Shown here one piece after another: positions 9,588 through 19,415 of a stretch of 64,000 nucleotides of DNA. The notes below the pieces were generated by a model. That model had not been told where the DNA came from and searched no databases. It saw only the letters and a list, made by a program, of their open reading frames with translations. Both the position numbers and the translations under genes were made by a program. The DNA lies in contig CBDIID010000003.1 in assembly GCA_965279515.1 (NCBI GenBank), positions 4,096,001 to 4,160,000 of the forward strand. The letters run 5' to 3'. Position 1 is the first letter of the stretch. Each line of letters opens with the position of its first letter. Origin of the DNA: Turneriella sp. (GTDB lineage Bacteria; Spirochaetota; Leptospiria; Turneriellales; Turneriellaceae).

Positions 9588-9785
9588 CCCTCATATTTTG
9601 ACGGAAGGCGTATGGGTCAATAAATATAGTGGTGGTTAGCTCCAGGGATGACAATATTCTAATCCCGGGGCCTGTCGATCGCTGATATTTCTGTATTTCT
9701 ACGCAATCCATCCTGCGTGATCGCGAATTGCTTTTTTGGGAGAGGCAGATTAAATGATGGCATGCGCGGGATTGGTGAACGTTAT

Positions 9786-10844
9786 ATGATGAACTACGAA
9801 GAGGTTCGGGCGCCTGCGCCCGCACAAATTCTCGTCATCGAGGATGATGCAGCGATACGGCAATCGCTGAGGATACTATTGGAATCCTGGGGTTACAGCG
9901 TGCTCGAAGCGGAACACGGCGGTTATGCGCTCGCGTTGTTGTCTGCGCAGCCGGTTAACCTGATTCTTTCTGATATCGAAATGCCGGTTCTCGGTGGTAT
10001 TGATTTTCTGGAGATCGTCCGAAGGGAATATCCACAGCTTCGTGTGATCATGGTCAGTGGAATTACGCGGGAGAAAACGATCGATGAGGTTATTGCCCGT
10101 GGCGCCATTGGTTATGTCCAGAAACCAGTCCGGTTGCCTGAGTTGAAGTCGCAGATTCTAAACGGGCTTCGTCAGGAATCTATTGACCAGCGCCTGGCAA
10201 ATCCCGGTCTCCCGGGCTTCGTTCCTGAAAATCCCGCGCTTTCGCCGTCTTCGAAGATTAAAGATATCGCCCGCCTGTTTGTTGTCACCTCTGATCTGCA
10301 CCACGGTGAAACAGGGGCTCATATCCAGCGTATCGGCAAGTTCAGTCGGCTACTCGCCGAGCTCAGTGGTATGCCCGCCTTATTTGCCTCGGATCTGGGC
10401 GAGGCTGCGGTGCTACACGATATCGGAAAGCTCGCCATACCTGATGCTATTCTCAAAAAACCCGGTCCCTTAACTGTCGAAGAATTTGAGATTATGAAAA
10501 CACATCCGGTTTTAGGCGGAAAAATTCTGGCCGGCTGTCAAGATCCGTTTCTGAAGCTCGCACGCACGGTCGCACTCTACCATCATGAGCGTTGGGATGG
10601 CTCCGGGTATCCTGAAGGATTAGTCGGTGAAGATTGTCCCATTTCCGCCAGGATTGTCGGCGTTGTCGACGTGTTTGACGCACTGAATGAAAAACGTGTT
10701 TATAAAGAACCGTGGCCGCGCCAAAAGATCACAAATTTTTTTCGGGAAAAGAAGGGAAGTTTCTTCGAACCCGGACTCATAGAGGCACTGTTGGGCAATT
10801 ACGAGCGGTTTGAGCAAATACGCCTGTCGCATGCCGGGGATTGA
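9786..10844 (+). CDS. Response regulator with HD-GYP (c-di-GMP phosphodiesterase) domain
   Basis: REC (VIEDD, SDIEMP, QKP) plus HDIGK and HHERWDGSGYPEGL. Confidence 0.9.
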   Translation: MMNYEEVRAPAPAQILVIEDDAAIRQSLRILLESWGYSVLEAEHGGYALALLSAQPVNLILSDIEMPVLGGIDFLEIVRREYPQLRVIMVSGITREKTIDEVIARGAIGYVQKPVRLPELKSQILNGLRQESIDQRLANPGLPGFVPENPALSPSSKIKDIARLFVVTSDLHHGETGAHIQRIGKFSRLLAELSGMPALFASDLGEAAVLHDIGKLAIPDAILKKPGPLTVEEFEIMKTHPVLGGKILAGCQDPFLKLARTVALYHHERWDGSGYPEGLVGEDCPISARIVGVVDVFDALNEKRVYKEPWPRQKITNFFREKKGSFFEPGLIEALLGNYERFEQIRLSHAGD

Positions 10845-10903
10845 TTGTAGCGGAAAAACTATTCCGCAGATTTTTCGGAGTATGCCTGAATCCTGGGTTG
10901 GTA

Positions 10904-11992
10904 TCAGTTAAAGAACATAACTTCCCGTTCGGGTGCAAGCTGTGCCTGCGCAAGACCGTCGACGAGGAAAATATTCATTGGCTGCGTTCTGCCACGGATG
11001 CGATTGAGTTGTAAGCGGCGGACTGCGATGTCGTCGCCGATGAGCTTACGGGTTTTTTCATCGATGATAAGATCGAACTTTGTTTTTTTCGTCAAACCTT
11101 CAAGCCGCGATGCAATGTTGACTGTGTCGCCGATTACCGTGTAATCCATTTTGCGGAAGGATCCAATCGTGCCCGCAAAGACGCGTCCTGTGGCAATACC
11201 CATACCGATGCTGATATCTTCATGAAGCCATTCCGGTTTTGCATTGTTGAATGCCTTGACGGCTTCACGTACAGCAAGGGCGCATTCAACGGCGTTGCGC
11301 GCGTCGTTCTCGCCGCGTACCGGACAACCAAAAGTGCTGAGTAATGCATCGCCGATAATCTTATTCACAGATCCCTTGTACGTCAAGACGAGATCCATGA
11401 TGTCGGTATATAAATGGTTGAGCAGGCTGGCTACGAGATTAGGTTCGAGCGTTTCGCTGATCGAGGTAAAATTGCGTATGTCCAGAAAGAAGATTGTTGC
11501 ATCCAGATTCTCCCCGTAATTTTTCCCCAGTGTCTGCTCATTCATGATTTTGTCAGCAACGTCGACAGAGAAATACTGTGATAACCGGTTCAGCCTATCC
11601 TGCAGCGCATCGCGTTCGGCCAGCGCCTGTTCATATTTTGCGAGGCGATGGATTCTCATGACTAACTCATCTGCGGCATAGGGGGGGGTCAATATCTCTG
11701 ATACCCCCGCCTTCAAGGCTTCGATGCGGTGCTTAAAGGATATTTCCCGGCAAAGCAAGATAACGGGTTTCATGAGAGCTCCAGGGCTTAACTGAATATC
11801 CTCTAATGCTGCCGCTTCCTTGTCTCCGTAGTGATCTGCATGTATGAGGATAATGTCGGGCAACAGGCCTTTCAGGTTACCGTAGGGGAGGTATAGTTCG
11901 GCGAGTGTTGTTTCGAAAAAGGAATTCAGCGGTTGCAGCAAGGCCTGCAGGGACGAGGGGGAGACCGAAAATATCAGGATCTTTGTTTTCAT
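10904..11992 (-). CDS. Class III adenylate cyclase with degenerate N-terminal receiver
   Basis: FLDIRNFT, NKIIGDA, DYTVIGDTVNIASRLE give a full catalytic set; REC has His at the phospho-Asp position (PDIILIHAD). Confidence 0.88.
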   Translation of the reverse strand: MKTKILIFSVSPSSLQALLQPLNSFFETTLAELYLPYGNLKGLLPDIILIHADHYGDKEAAALEDIQLSPGALMKPVILLCREISFKHRIEALKAGVSEILTPPYAADELVMRIHRLAKYEQALAERDALQDRLNRLSQYFSVDVADKIMNEQTLGKNYGENLDATIFFLDIRNFTSISETLEPNLVASLLNHLYTDIMDLVLTYKGSVNKIIGDALLSTFGCPVRGENDARNAVECALAVREAVKAFNNAKPEWLHEDISIGMGIATGRVFAGTIGSFRKMDYTVIGDTVNIASRLEGLTKKTKFDLIIDEKTRKLIGDDIAVRRLQLNRIRGRTQPMNIFLVDGLAQAQLAPEREVMFFN

Positions 11993-12159
11993 GGGAGTTT
12001 GTATCGCAAAATTGAGGCAAGGTCAATTGGGCACCGTTGGGAGAAATCTGTGTGGAAATACTGAATTCACGGCGAAAATGCGTTATTTTTACGTTGACCC
12101 TCCGCCCGGTTAATGGCAGGAAAGATATGGGAATGCGCTACACAAAAACAGGAATCTAA

Positions 12160-12525
12160 ATGCGTCCGGGTCTGGAAAAGAAAGTTTTGAAAATTTTGGA
12201 TACAGAACCGGTGTTGCATCCGCCCGAAATTTCGGCTGAGGTTTATGACAAGTTTTGTGAGATTTTTCTCGAATCTGTCCCTAAGACAATTCATTCTCTG
12301 CAGGAAAATTCCGGAGACGAGGCGGTAATCCAGAAGATTGCGCATAAATTGAAGGGCGCGTGCGGCTTCGCTGGAGCCATTCGGTTGAGCGCAGTGGCTG
12401 CTGAACTAGAGCAAATAGCTGAGTCCGCATCCGCTGAGGAATTAACATATTTTCACCGCATACTGAGCCAGGTTCTTGCGCAGACACGGGTGGCGATGCG
12501 ACGCCCGGGGGACGCAGGAAGTTGA
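12160..12525 (+). CDS. Hpt phosphotransfer protein
   Basis: AHKLKGACGFAGA Hpt motif. Confidence 0.85.
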   Translation: MRPGLEKKVLKILDTEPVLHPPEISAEVYDKFCEIFLESVPKTIHSLQENSGDEAVIQKIAHKLKGACGFAGAIRLSAVAAELEQIAESASAEELTYFHRILSQVLAQTRVAMRRPGDAGS

Positions 12526-15500
12526 GGATAGCCATAATCCTGCTACTGGCTTCTTTTCTGGCCTGCAATGCAACAAAACGCGAACAGCCAAAAGTAAAGA
12601 ACGGCGAATTAGACCTGCGGACCTGGGATTTTAATGAAGACGGACCGGTTGCGCTGGATGGTGATTGGGCTTTTTACTGGCAACAGAAGATCGTCGGAAA
12701 AAAAAACGCCGATTTTGCGGAACCTGAAAGCCGGCAATATTTGCATGTTCCCGGAACATGGAATAATCTGGTGCGAAAACAGCATCCTGAAAATCCGAAA
12801 CCCGGACAGGGTTTTGCAACGCTACGTCTGAAACTGCTGCTGCCTTCACGAAAGGACCTGCTGCTGTTCAATGCGTGGGCCGCGAACTCATTTGTTTTAT
12901 ATTGCGGTGATAAGCCCATCGGGCAAGCGGGCCGGTTTGCTTCCGAACCGGGTTTGGTTTCGCCCTTCCATGGGCCAACCCTGGTTTCTTTGCAGTCCTG
13001 CGAGTCCACCGATCTATTCTGGCAAATCGCTAATTTTGAAACGTACTTTGGTGGTCCCAGAAACGGTTGGCGAATTGGCAACGATGCCTCTCTGGCGAGA
13101 GAACTGCTTTATCGCGATTTCTTCACCTCGGGTTTTATTGCCCTGACCGGTTTTCTGTGTTTGTCCTTTTTTATTGCATGGTTACTGGTTAGAAACGCAT
13201 GGCACTACCTGGTCTTTAGCGGCCTTAGTTTTGTCGCGGCGTTGCTCCGTTTGTCCGGAGAGAAAGTCATCCAGAGATTTTTTTCAGAAAATATATTTGA
13301 TTTTCAGATTCGAATGGAGTACGGCGCTACAGCGTGGTGTGGAGTTCTGGTCTTTTGGGGACTACACCTGCAATACCCGCGCCGGGTGAGCCGCAATTTC
13401 GCGATTCTTGTTTCGCTACCGGTATTGGCGGCGACGTATTTGGCCTTGGCGACGCCTGTCGGCAGTTTCACCCGAACAGTGCCTTTTTTGGTGGTTTATT
13501 TAGTAGTCCTGTTGCTGTTAAGCACGGTTTACCTGATTTTACTGACTCTCAAAAGAGAAGCAGATTCGGGAGTTTTTCTCTGGGCAGTGATTGCCTTGTT
13601 TGCCGTCGTTATCTACGATATTCTCGTGCTCAGGGGCATCTTTACAAGTTCCAGATACTCTGGGATAGGCTTCATCGCTCTCCTGGCTACGCAATCCCTG
13701 CTGACGATACGCACCTTTTGGCGCTCGGCACATGAGGCCCAGGCAATGCAGGGGAGACTTGCCGCGGATCTCGCAACCCAACTGGCGGTAACGGAGCGCC
13801 AAAATGCATTATTGGCCGCCGCTACGGATATGTGGATTATCAACGATCCGCATGACTTTGGCCGGATCAAAGATGCGAGCCTGAAAGCCTGTGAAAATCT
13901 CGGTTATCGAAAGGAAGAACTGTTATCGCTCTATATCAAGGATATCGAGGTGGAGTTTCCGGTATCCACAAAAGCACAATGGAAGCAGCATATCGAAGCG
14001 ATTCGTTCCGCCCGGGCGCCACTGCAATTACGTGGAGTGTGGAAACGAAAGGACGGCTCCTGTTTTCCCGTTTCTGTATCGGTTTCCCTGCACCACTTCC
14101 AGGGGCAGCAATACCTCGTCGGCATCGGGCGCGACATGACGCAGACGGTAGAAAGCGGTCTCGCATTGCGCCGCAGCGAAGAAAAATTCCAGGAATTTTA
14201 CCGAAATAACCCGGTTACACTTTTGATCCTCAATAATGACGGGACAATCTTTGATGCCAACCCGGCCGCCCTGGAACAACTGGGATATACGTTAGAGGAA
14301 TTTCTGAACCGCCCGATGCACGAGTTCGTCTTCTCCGAAGACCGTGCCGCAGCCTGCGGCTATTTTGAAGGTTATCTGAGGAATCCGTTGAATTCAATCC
14401 CTGTTGAATACCGGCAGGTTACCAAAAACGGAAAGATTATCTGGGTCTCGCAATCGCTTCAAATTCTGCGCGGGGATAACGAGCCAGACAGGATTCTCGT
14501 CAGTTGCCGGGATATCAGTAAGCGCAAAACGGCAGAGAGGGCACTTTTTGAAAGTGAGGCCCAGATGCGGCTGATTACGGAGGCTATTCCCGGGCCAGTG
14601 TCGCATATCGGCCGCGATGGCACTTATGTCTTCGTCAATAAGCATTATGAAGAATGGTTCGGTGATAAAAGGGAAGATATTATCGGAAAAAGACCAGATG
14701 AGGTACTCAGACCTGAGCTTTTTGCCGCAGTGGAATCCCATTTCGCTCAAGTTCGCTCCGGCAAAGAAGTCAGCTGGGAGACGACGATCAGGCCGGCAGA
14801 CGGAAAGGAACGAGCCGTGCAAATTATGCACATTCCCGATTTTGATCTCCAGGGAAAGGCTGCCGGCATATTCACCATCGTTTACGACATCTCGACGCGC
14901 AAGCTCGCAGAAAATACGCTGCGGAGTTCACTGGAAGAGAAGGAGATGCTGCTGGCTGAGATCCATCACCGCGTGAAAAATAATCTCCAGGTAATTTCGT
15001 CGCTGATTAGCATGCAGGGCAGATTAATCAGCGATTCGGTGGCGCAGACGCATTTGGAAAGTCTTGGTCTGCGTATCCGGGCAATGGGCTTATTGCACAA
15101 TATACTCTATAAATCCATCGGCACGGGTAAAGTGGATATGCATTTGTATCTGACTTCAATTACCGAACAGGTGATGTCGGTGCAGCGCCAAGTCGCGGAA
15201 AAGATACCCATGGAGATTGAGATCGGGGAGATTCACCTGAATATCGAGACAGCTCTGCCGATTGGCTTGATTGTCAATGAGGCCATTTCGAATTCTATTA
15301 AATATGCCTCCGCAACAAATGAAGCTCCGCGTCTGCGGCTGAGTCTTCAAAAAGGAAAATCTGAATATAAACTGCTTATTGCTGACAATGGCCCGGGAAT
15401 GCCAGCCAAGATCCCGAAGGATACGACATTGGGACTGCGTTTAATTGAAACCTTGGTGCGGCAGTTACGGGGAAACGTCGTTATGGAGACGCGTGGTGGG

Positions 15501-15578
15501 GTTACGTTCAGAATAACTTTTGTTGAGCAGAAAAAAGAAGAAAACCGGTGGTCGCGGCTGTCAAAGAATAATGGCTGA
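12522..15578 (+). CDS. 7TM-DISM / triple-PAS sensor histidine kinase (HisKA_2 type)
   Basis: Lipobox FLAC; 7TMR-DISM ectodomain LDLRTWDF..LDGDWAFYW; 7 TM; three PAS/PAC; EIHHRVKNNLQ H-box; NEAISNSIKYA; DNGPG. Confidence 0.9.
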   Translation: MRIAIILLLASFLACNATKREQPKVKNGELDLRTWDFNEDGPVALDGDWAFYWQQKIVGKKNADFAEPESRQYLHVPGTWNNLVRKQHPENPKPGQGFATLRLKLLLPSRKDLLLFNAWAANSFVLYCGDKPIGQAGRFASEPGLVSPFHGPTLVSLQSCESTDLFWQIANFETYFGGPRNGWRIGNDASLARELLYRDFFTSGFIALTGFLCLSFFIAWLLVRNAWHYLVFSGLSFVAALLRLSGEKVIQRFFSENIFDFQIRMEYGATAWCGVLVFWGLHLQYPRRVSRNFAILVSLPVLAATYLALATPVGSFTRTVPFLVVYLVVLLLLSTVYLILLTLKREADSGVFLWAVIALFAVVIYDILVLRGIFTSSRYSGIGFIALLATQSLLTIRTFWRSAHEAQAMQGRLAADLATQLAVTERQNALLAAATDMWIINDPHDFGRIKDASLKACENLGYRKEELLSLYIKDIEVEFPVSTKAQWKQHIEAIRSARAPLQLRGVWKRKDGSCFPVSVSVSLHHFQGQQYLVGIGRDMTQTVESGLALRRSEEKFQEFYRNNPVTLLILNNDGTIFDANPAALEQLGYTLEEFLNRPMHEFVFSEDRAAACGYFEGYLRNPLNSIPVEYRQVTKNGKIIWVSQSLQILRGDNEPDRILVSCRDISKRKTAERALFESEAQMRLITEAIPGPVSHIGRDGTYVFVNKHYEEWFGDKREDIIGKRPDEVLRPELFAAVESHFAQVRSGKEVSWETTIRPADGKERAVQIMHIPDFDLQGKAAGIFTIVYDISTRKLAENTLRSSLEEKEMLLAEIHHRVKNNLQVISSLISMQGRLISDSVAQTHLESLGLRIRAMGLLHNILYKSIGTGKVDMHLYLTSITEQVMSVQRQVAEKIPMEIEIGEIHLNIETALPIGLIVNEAISNSIKYASATNEAPRLRLSLQKGKSEYKLLIADNGPGMPAKIPKDTTLGLRLIETLVRQLRGNVVMETRGGVTFRITFVEQKKEENRWSRLSKNNG

Positions 15579-15674
15579 GGGTATTACTTTTGTGTATCCA
15601 AAAAAAAAATTGTATTTCTATCAATATAGACAGCCCGGGATCGTTGAATTTTGCGCAAAACAACAAGGAAAGAA

Positions 15675-16043
15675 ATGGAAAAACTAAAGGTCCTCATAGT
15701 GGAAGATGAAGCCATCGCTGCCATGGCGCTGGAGATGGAACTGGCCGCCTTTGATCCAATATCCGTTCAGATTGTGAGTTCAGGCGAAGATGCTATTGCT
15801 CTTACGGGTACTTTTGAACCCGATCTCATTTTCATGGACGTCTATCTCGACGGGCCAATGAATGGCATCGAGGCTATTAAAAAGATACATGCGTTAAAGA
15901 AAATACCTGTCGTATACACTACTGCCTCACAGAATATCGAAGTTGAGCGACAAATCAATAGTACGGATTTTATCGGCTTTCTCCAAAAACCGTACCTAAC
16001 GGCTGAGATTCAGGCTATCATGCACGCTTTTCAGGCGAGGTAA
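15675..16043 (+). CDS. Single-domain response regulator
   Basis: IVEDE, FMDVYL, QKP. Confidence 0.88.
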   Translation: MEKLKVLIVEDEAIAAMALEMELAAFDPISVQIVSSGEDAIALTGTFEPDLIFMDVYLDGPMNGIEAIKKIHALKKIPVVYTTASQNIEVERQINSTDFIGFLQKPYLTAEIQAIMHAFQAR

Positions 16044-16044
16044 T

Positions 16045-16692
16045 TTAGTTGAGATCGTTATCGACGGCGAAACGTATGAGGCCCGAAAGAGTATTGATAC
16101 GAAGTTTGGTTTTCATGTTTAGCCGGTGTGTTTCAACCGTTCTGAAATTTATTCCCATGCGCTCGCCGATTTCCTTGCAACTCATACCCTGCGCAGTGAG
16201 GCGGAGCACTTCCCGTTCTTTTTTCGTCAGTATTTCGGAAGCCACCGTTTTTTCCACGTCCAGGCTTAGATTATCGAGCATCACGGAGGTCAGCTCAGGG
16301 CAGAGGTATTTCCGGCCGGCAAAAACCTCATCGATTGCCCGCGACAAACGGGCCATAGCGTCTTCTTTCAATACATATCCACGGGCGCCTTTGGCGAATG
16401 CTTTTTTTACAAAAGCGCGGTCGCTATGTGAAGTGAGTACAACAGGTCTTACTTTGGGAAATTTTTCGCGCATTTTCTCAAGCGCTTCAAAGCCATTCAT
16501 CTGCGGCATGGCCAGATCCATAATGACAACATCGCAGGGCACAGAGGCCAGTTTGCTGAGTAATTCCGTCCCGTCAGAGGCTTCAGCAACAACCTGGTAT
16601 TGGGGTTTTGACTCGATCAGTAGTTTTAATCCCGCACGTATCAGCTTGTGGTCGTCAGCAAGGATTAAGCGGCATTTTTTGGTATTATTCAC
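16045..16692 (-). CDS. NarL/LuxR-family DNA-binding response regulator
   Basis: LADDH, MDLAMP, LTKKEREVL...TVETHR HTH. Confidence 0.92.
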   Translation of the reverse strand: MNNTKKCRLILADDHKLIRAGLKLLIESKPQYQVVAEASDGTELLSKLASVPCDVVIMDLAMPQMNGFEALEKMREKFPKVRPVVLTSHSDRAFVKKAFAKGARGYVLKEDAMARLSRAIDEVFAGRKYLCPELTSVMLDNLSLDVEKTVASEILTKKEREVLRLTAQGMSCKEIGERMGINFRTVETHRLNMKTKLRINTLSGLIRFAVDNDLN

Positions 16693-16806
16693 GGTAACTA
16701 TTTCCGGAAAAAAGGTTGGCTATACCTTGTTACTACCGTCCCAAAAGATAAACAACAATATGCGGGCAATCACAATGAACGTGAGTCTCGTTTGATATGA
16801 TATGAT

Positions 16807-17292
16807 ATGATACAGAAAGAATTAATACTCGATATTTATCTGCATCCCAACGAAATGTATTGGGGTGACGGCGAAACACGCATTAAAACCGTGCTCGGCT
16901 CCTGCATTGCCATATGCATGTGGCACCCCGGTCGAAAGGTCGGTGGAATGAGCCATTCGCTCTTGCCCACAAGGCGTAATCCCGAAGATAAAAAAGTCAA
17001 AGCCGACCCCCGTTTCGTTGACGAAGCCGTAGAACTCTTTGTGAAGGCGGTACTGGAGTCAGGACTTAAACCTGCGGAATTCAAAGTAAAAATATTCGGT
17101 GGAGCTAACCTGCTTGCCACGAATCGCGAAGAAGCTACGATTGGCGAACAAAACAGGGAAATCGCCTATGCAGCGCTGGAAAAACATGGTTTCTTCGTTT
17201 TTTCTGAACATACGGGGGGTGCGGAAACGAGAAATGTAATACTCGACCTGTGGAGCGGTGAAACTTGGCTCCGGAGCATTGTGAAACAGTGA
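16807..17292 (+). CDS. cheD: Chemoreceptor glutamine deamidase CheD
   Basis: TVLGSCIAIC, GGMSH, KIFGGA. Confidence 0.9.
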   Translation: MIQKELILDIYLHPNEMYWGDGETRIKTVLGSCIAICMWHPGRKVGGMSHSLLPTRRNPEDKKVKADPRFVDEAVELFVKAVLESGLKPAEFKVKIFGGANLLATNREEATIGEQNREIAYAALEKHGFFVFSEHTGGAETRNVILDLWSGETWLRSIVKQ

Positions 17293-18335
17293 AAAAAATC
17301 AACGTTATGGTCATCGACGATTCTGCGTTGATCCGGCAGCTCTTGACCGATCTCCTGCCGCAGGATCCGGAAATTGGCAGTGTCGATTCGGCGCCGGACC
17401 CCCTGTTTGCGCTCCGTAAAATGGAAAAGCTGTGGCCCGATGTCATAGTCCTGGATATCGAAATGCCGCGCATGAACGGAATCGAGTTTTCGCGAAAAAT
17501 TATGCGGGAGCGCCCGACACCCATAGTAATCTTGTCGTCAAAGACCGAAAATAATCTGGCACTGGGACTCGAAGCGCTGAAAAACGGTGCCGTCGAACTG
17601 ATCCATAAACCCGAATCAGGAATTAAGGATTTCATCGAGACATCCGCGCACTCGCTGCTCGACGCCGTCAAAGCTGCCGCGGCTTCGCGACCGGCAGCCC
17701 CGGCTGCGCAGGTTTCCGCGCCGCGCCGCAACGTCGTCAAGAAGGTCGGAGGGCTGGCTCAAAAGGCCGATAGAATCATACTAATGGGCGCATCGACTGG
17801 CGGTACATCTGCAATTGAAGAAATCTTTTCGCGCATTGATTTTCCCCATTGTCCGATTGTCATCGTCCAACATATGCCTGCGGGTTTTACACGGGCCTTT
17901 GCGGAACGCCTCGACAGAAATTACGCTTCGAATTTCTCAGAAGCGGTCGATGGCCAAAGACTCAATCACAACTGTGTTTATATCGCACCTGGCGGATTAC
18001 AGACGGAGATATCCCGGCGGGCCGGAGAAGTGTTCCTGACAGTTTCTGATAAGCCTCCCGTAAACCGCCATAAACCATCTGTGGATGTTCTCTTCCATTC
18101 ATCGGCAATGATGCCTGACACGCGTTTTCTCGGCATTTTACTGACAGGAATGGGGGCCGACGGCGCGCTGGGTATGGTGGAAATGAAAAAAAATGGTGCC
18201 TTAACGATCGCGCAAGACGCCGAGAGCTGCGTGGTATTCGGCATGCCAGCCGCCGCCATCGCCCAAGGTGGAACCACTCAAGTGAAGGCGCTCACCGAAA
18301 TCTGGCAGGAAATCGCCGCCTTCTGTGGTCACTAA
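17289..18335 (+). CDS. cheB: Chemotaxis methylesterase CheB (REC + esterase)
   Basis: IDDS REC; GASTGG, QHMP, HKPSVDVLF, LTGMGADGA; GTG start overlaps cheD stop. Confidence 0.93.
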   Translation: MKKINVMVIDDSALIRQLLTDLLPQDPEIGSVDSAPDPLFALRKMEKLWPDVIVLDIEMPRMNGIEFSRKIMRERPTPIVILSSKTENNLALGLEALKNGAVELIHKPESGIKDFIETSAHSLLDAVKAAAASRPAAPAAQVSAPRRNVVKKVGGLAQKADRIILMGASTGGTSAIEEIFSRIDFPHCPIVIVQHMPAGFTRAFAERLDRNYASNFSEAVDGQRLNHNCVYIAPGGLQTEISRRAGEVFLTVSDKPPVNRHKPSVDVLFHSSAMMPDTRFLGILLTGMGADGALGMVEMKKNGALTIAQDAESCVVFGMPAAAIAQGGTTQVKALTEIWQEIAAFCGH

Positions 18336-18464
18336 GAACCCAGGTAAATAAAACTGCAAGAGATTTGGCTAGGTAATTTCTGAAAAAGCAAAATTAGGAG
18401 TGCTTGAGTCATCGCAAGCGCGTATTCCCTCGTGCGGCCTTGAACGCGCATGACTTTTCAAAAA

Positions 18465-18944
18465 TTACCCAGGTTCTGATTGTCCTGGGCTAGCCTCATC
18501 GGCGCTATTTTTTTCCGGTTTTCGATTTAGGTACCTTAATACTTTAATCAAGCTAAGTAAATTTTCCGGAGGAATTCCCTCATGGCCCGAAGATGTGAAG
18601 GTGTCCACAACGTCACGGATTGGTCGCGCTAAGTTCTTACGGTCGTCATAGTACATAGTCCATATCGGTAAAATTCTTTGATCGGAGCTTGCCTAGCAGA
18701 CAACCTTTACCATTGAATGCCTGTCGTCGTGAGCAATGTTTCTGAACAGAGTCCTGACATCAGTCTCACGACCCTCTATTAACTGAAAAAATGTATGATC
18801 ACCATACGTTAGAAAGCCTGTCACATTAAATTCTCCGTTGCGCTTTCTTGCATGGTAGAGCAAATTTCTCACCTTGGAAGAATTCATCGTCGGTGAAGCG
18901 GTGCTAACATAAACCAAGTGAAAAATCTTATCTGGAGCTGCCAT
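18465..18944 (-). pseudogene. BLUF blue-light sensor interrupted by an in-frame TAG
   Basis: LVYVS, RNGEFNVTGFL, FFQLIEG, DDRH, then TAG at 18693-18695, continuing in frame ASSDQRILPIWTMYY (BLUF W/M motif) to stop at 18465. Confidence 0.75.
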
Positions 18945-19012
18945 GATTACCTCTTGTGTGAAAATTTTTCATTTTTTTAGGGACTTTTTTTGACCGGGAT
19001 TGCAGAAATGTT

Positions 19013-19396
19013 TTATTCCGCGGCGCCGATGATTTTCTCCACGACTGACAGTACCCTTGCAGGTAAGAATGGTTTTACCATCCACGCCGAAGCTCCGGCC
19101 AATTGACCTTCTGTACGTTTTTCTTCACTACTTTCGGTCGTCAGCATTACGATGGGCGCAAATTTGAAGGCTTCGTAGGACGAATCATTTTTCATCGCCT
19201 TGACAAAATCAATGCCGTTAAGATTTGGCATATTTACGTCGCAGATGATGAGATTCGGGCTAAATGAGACTACGTTGTCGAGAGCCATTTTTCCATCTTC
19301 TGCGGTATGAACCTCGTATCCGGCGGCTTCTAACGTAACGCTGACTAATTGACGAATCGTTCTTGAATCGTCCACGACCATAACTTTTTTTGCCAT
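19013..19396 (-). CDS. cheY: CheY-like response regulator
   Basis: MAKKVMVVDDS, CDVNMP, LTTES, WMVKPF. Confidence 0.9.
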   Translation of the reverse strand: MAKKVMVVDDSRTIRQLVSVTLEAAGYEVHTAEDGKMALDNVVSFSPNLIICDVNMPNLNGIDFVKAMKNDSSYEAFKFAPIVMLTTESSEEKRTEGQLAGASAWMVKPFLPARVLSVVEKIIGAAE

Positions 19397-19415
19397 AATT
19401 TTCCTCCTAAGGATT

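Noticed and set aside
15600..15609. A10 tract as a phase-variation site
   Set aside because: Intergenic with no identifiable promoter elements around it; A/T runs are common here
18336..18476. Imperfect inverted repeat gaacccaggtaa / ttacccaggttc as IS ends or att sites
   Set aside because: Short and mismatched; no transposase or target duplication
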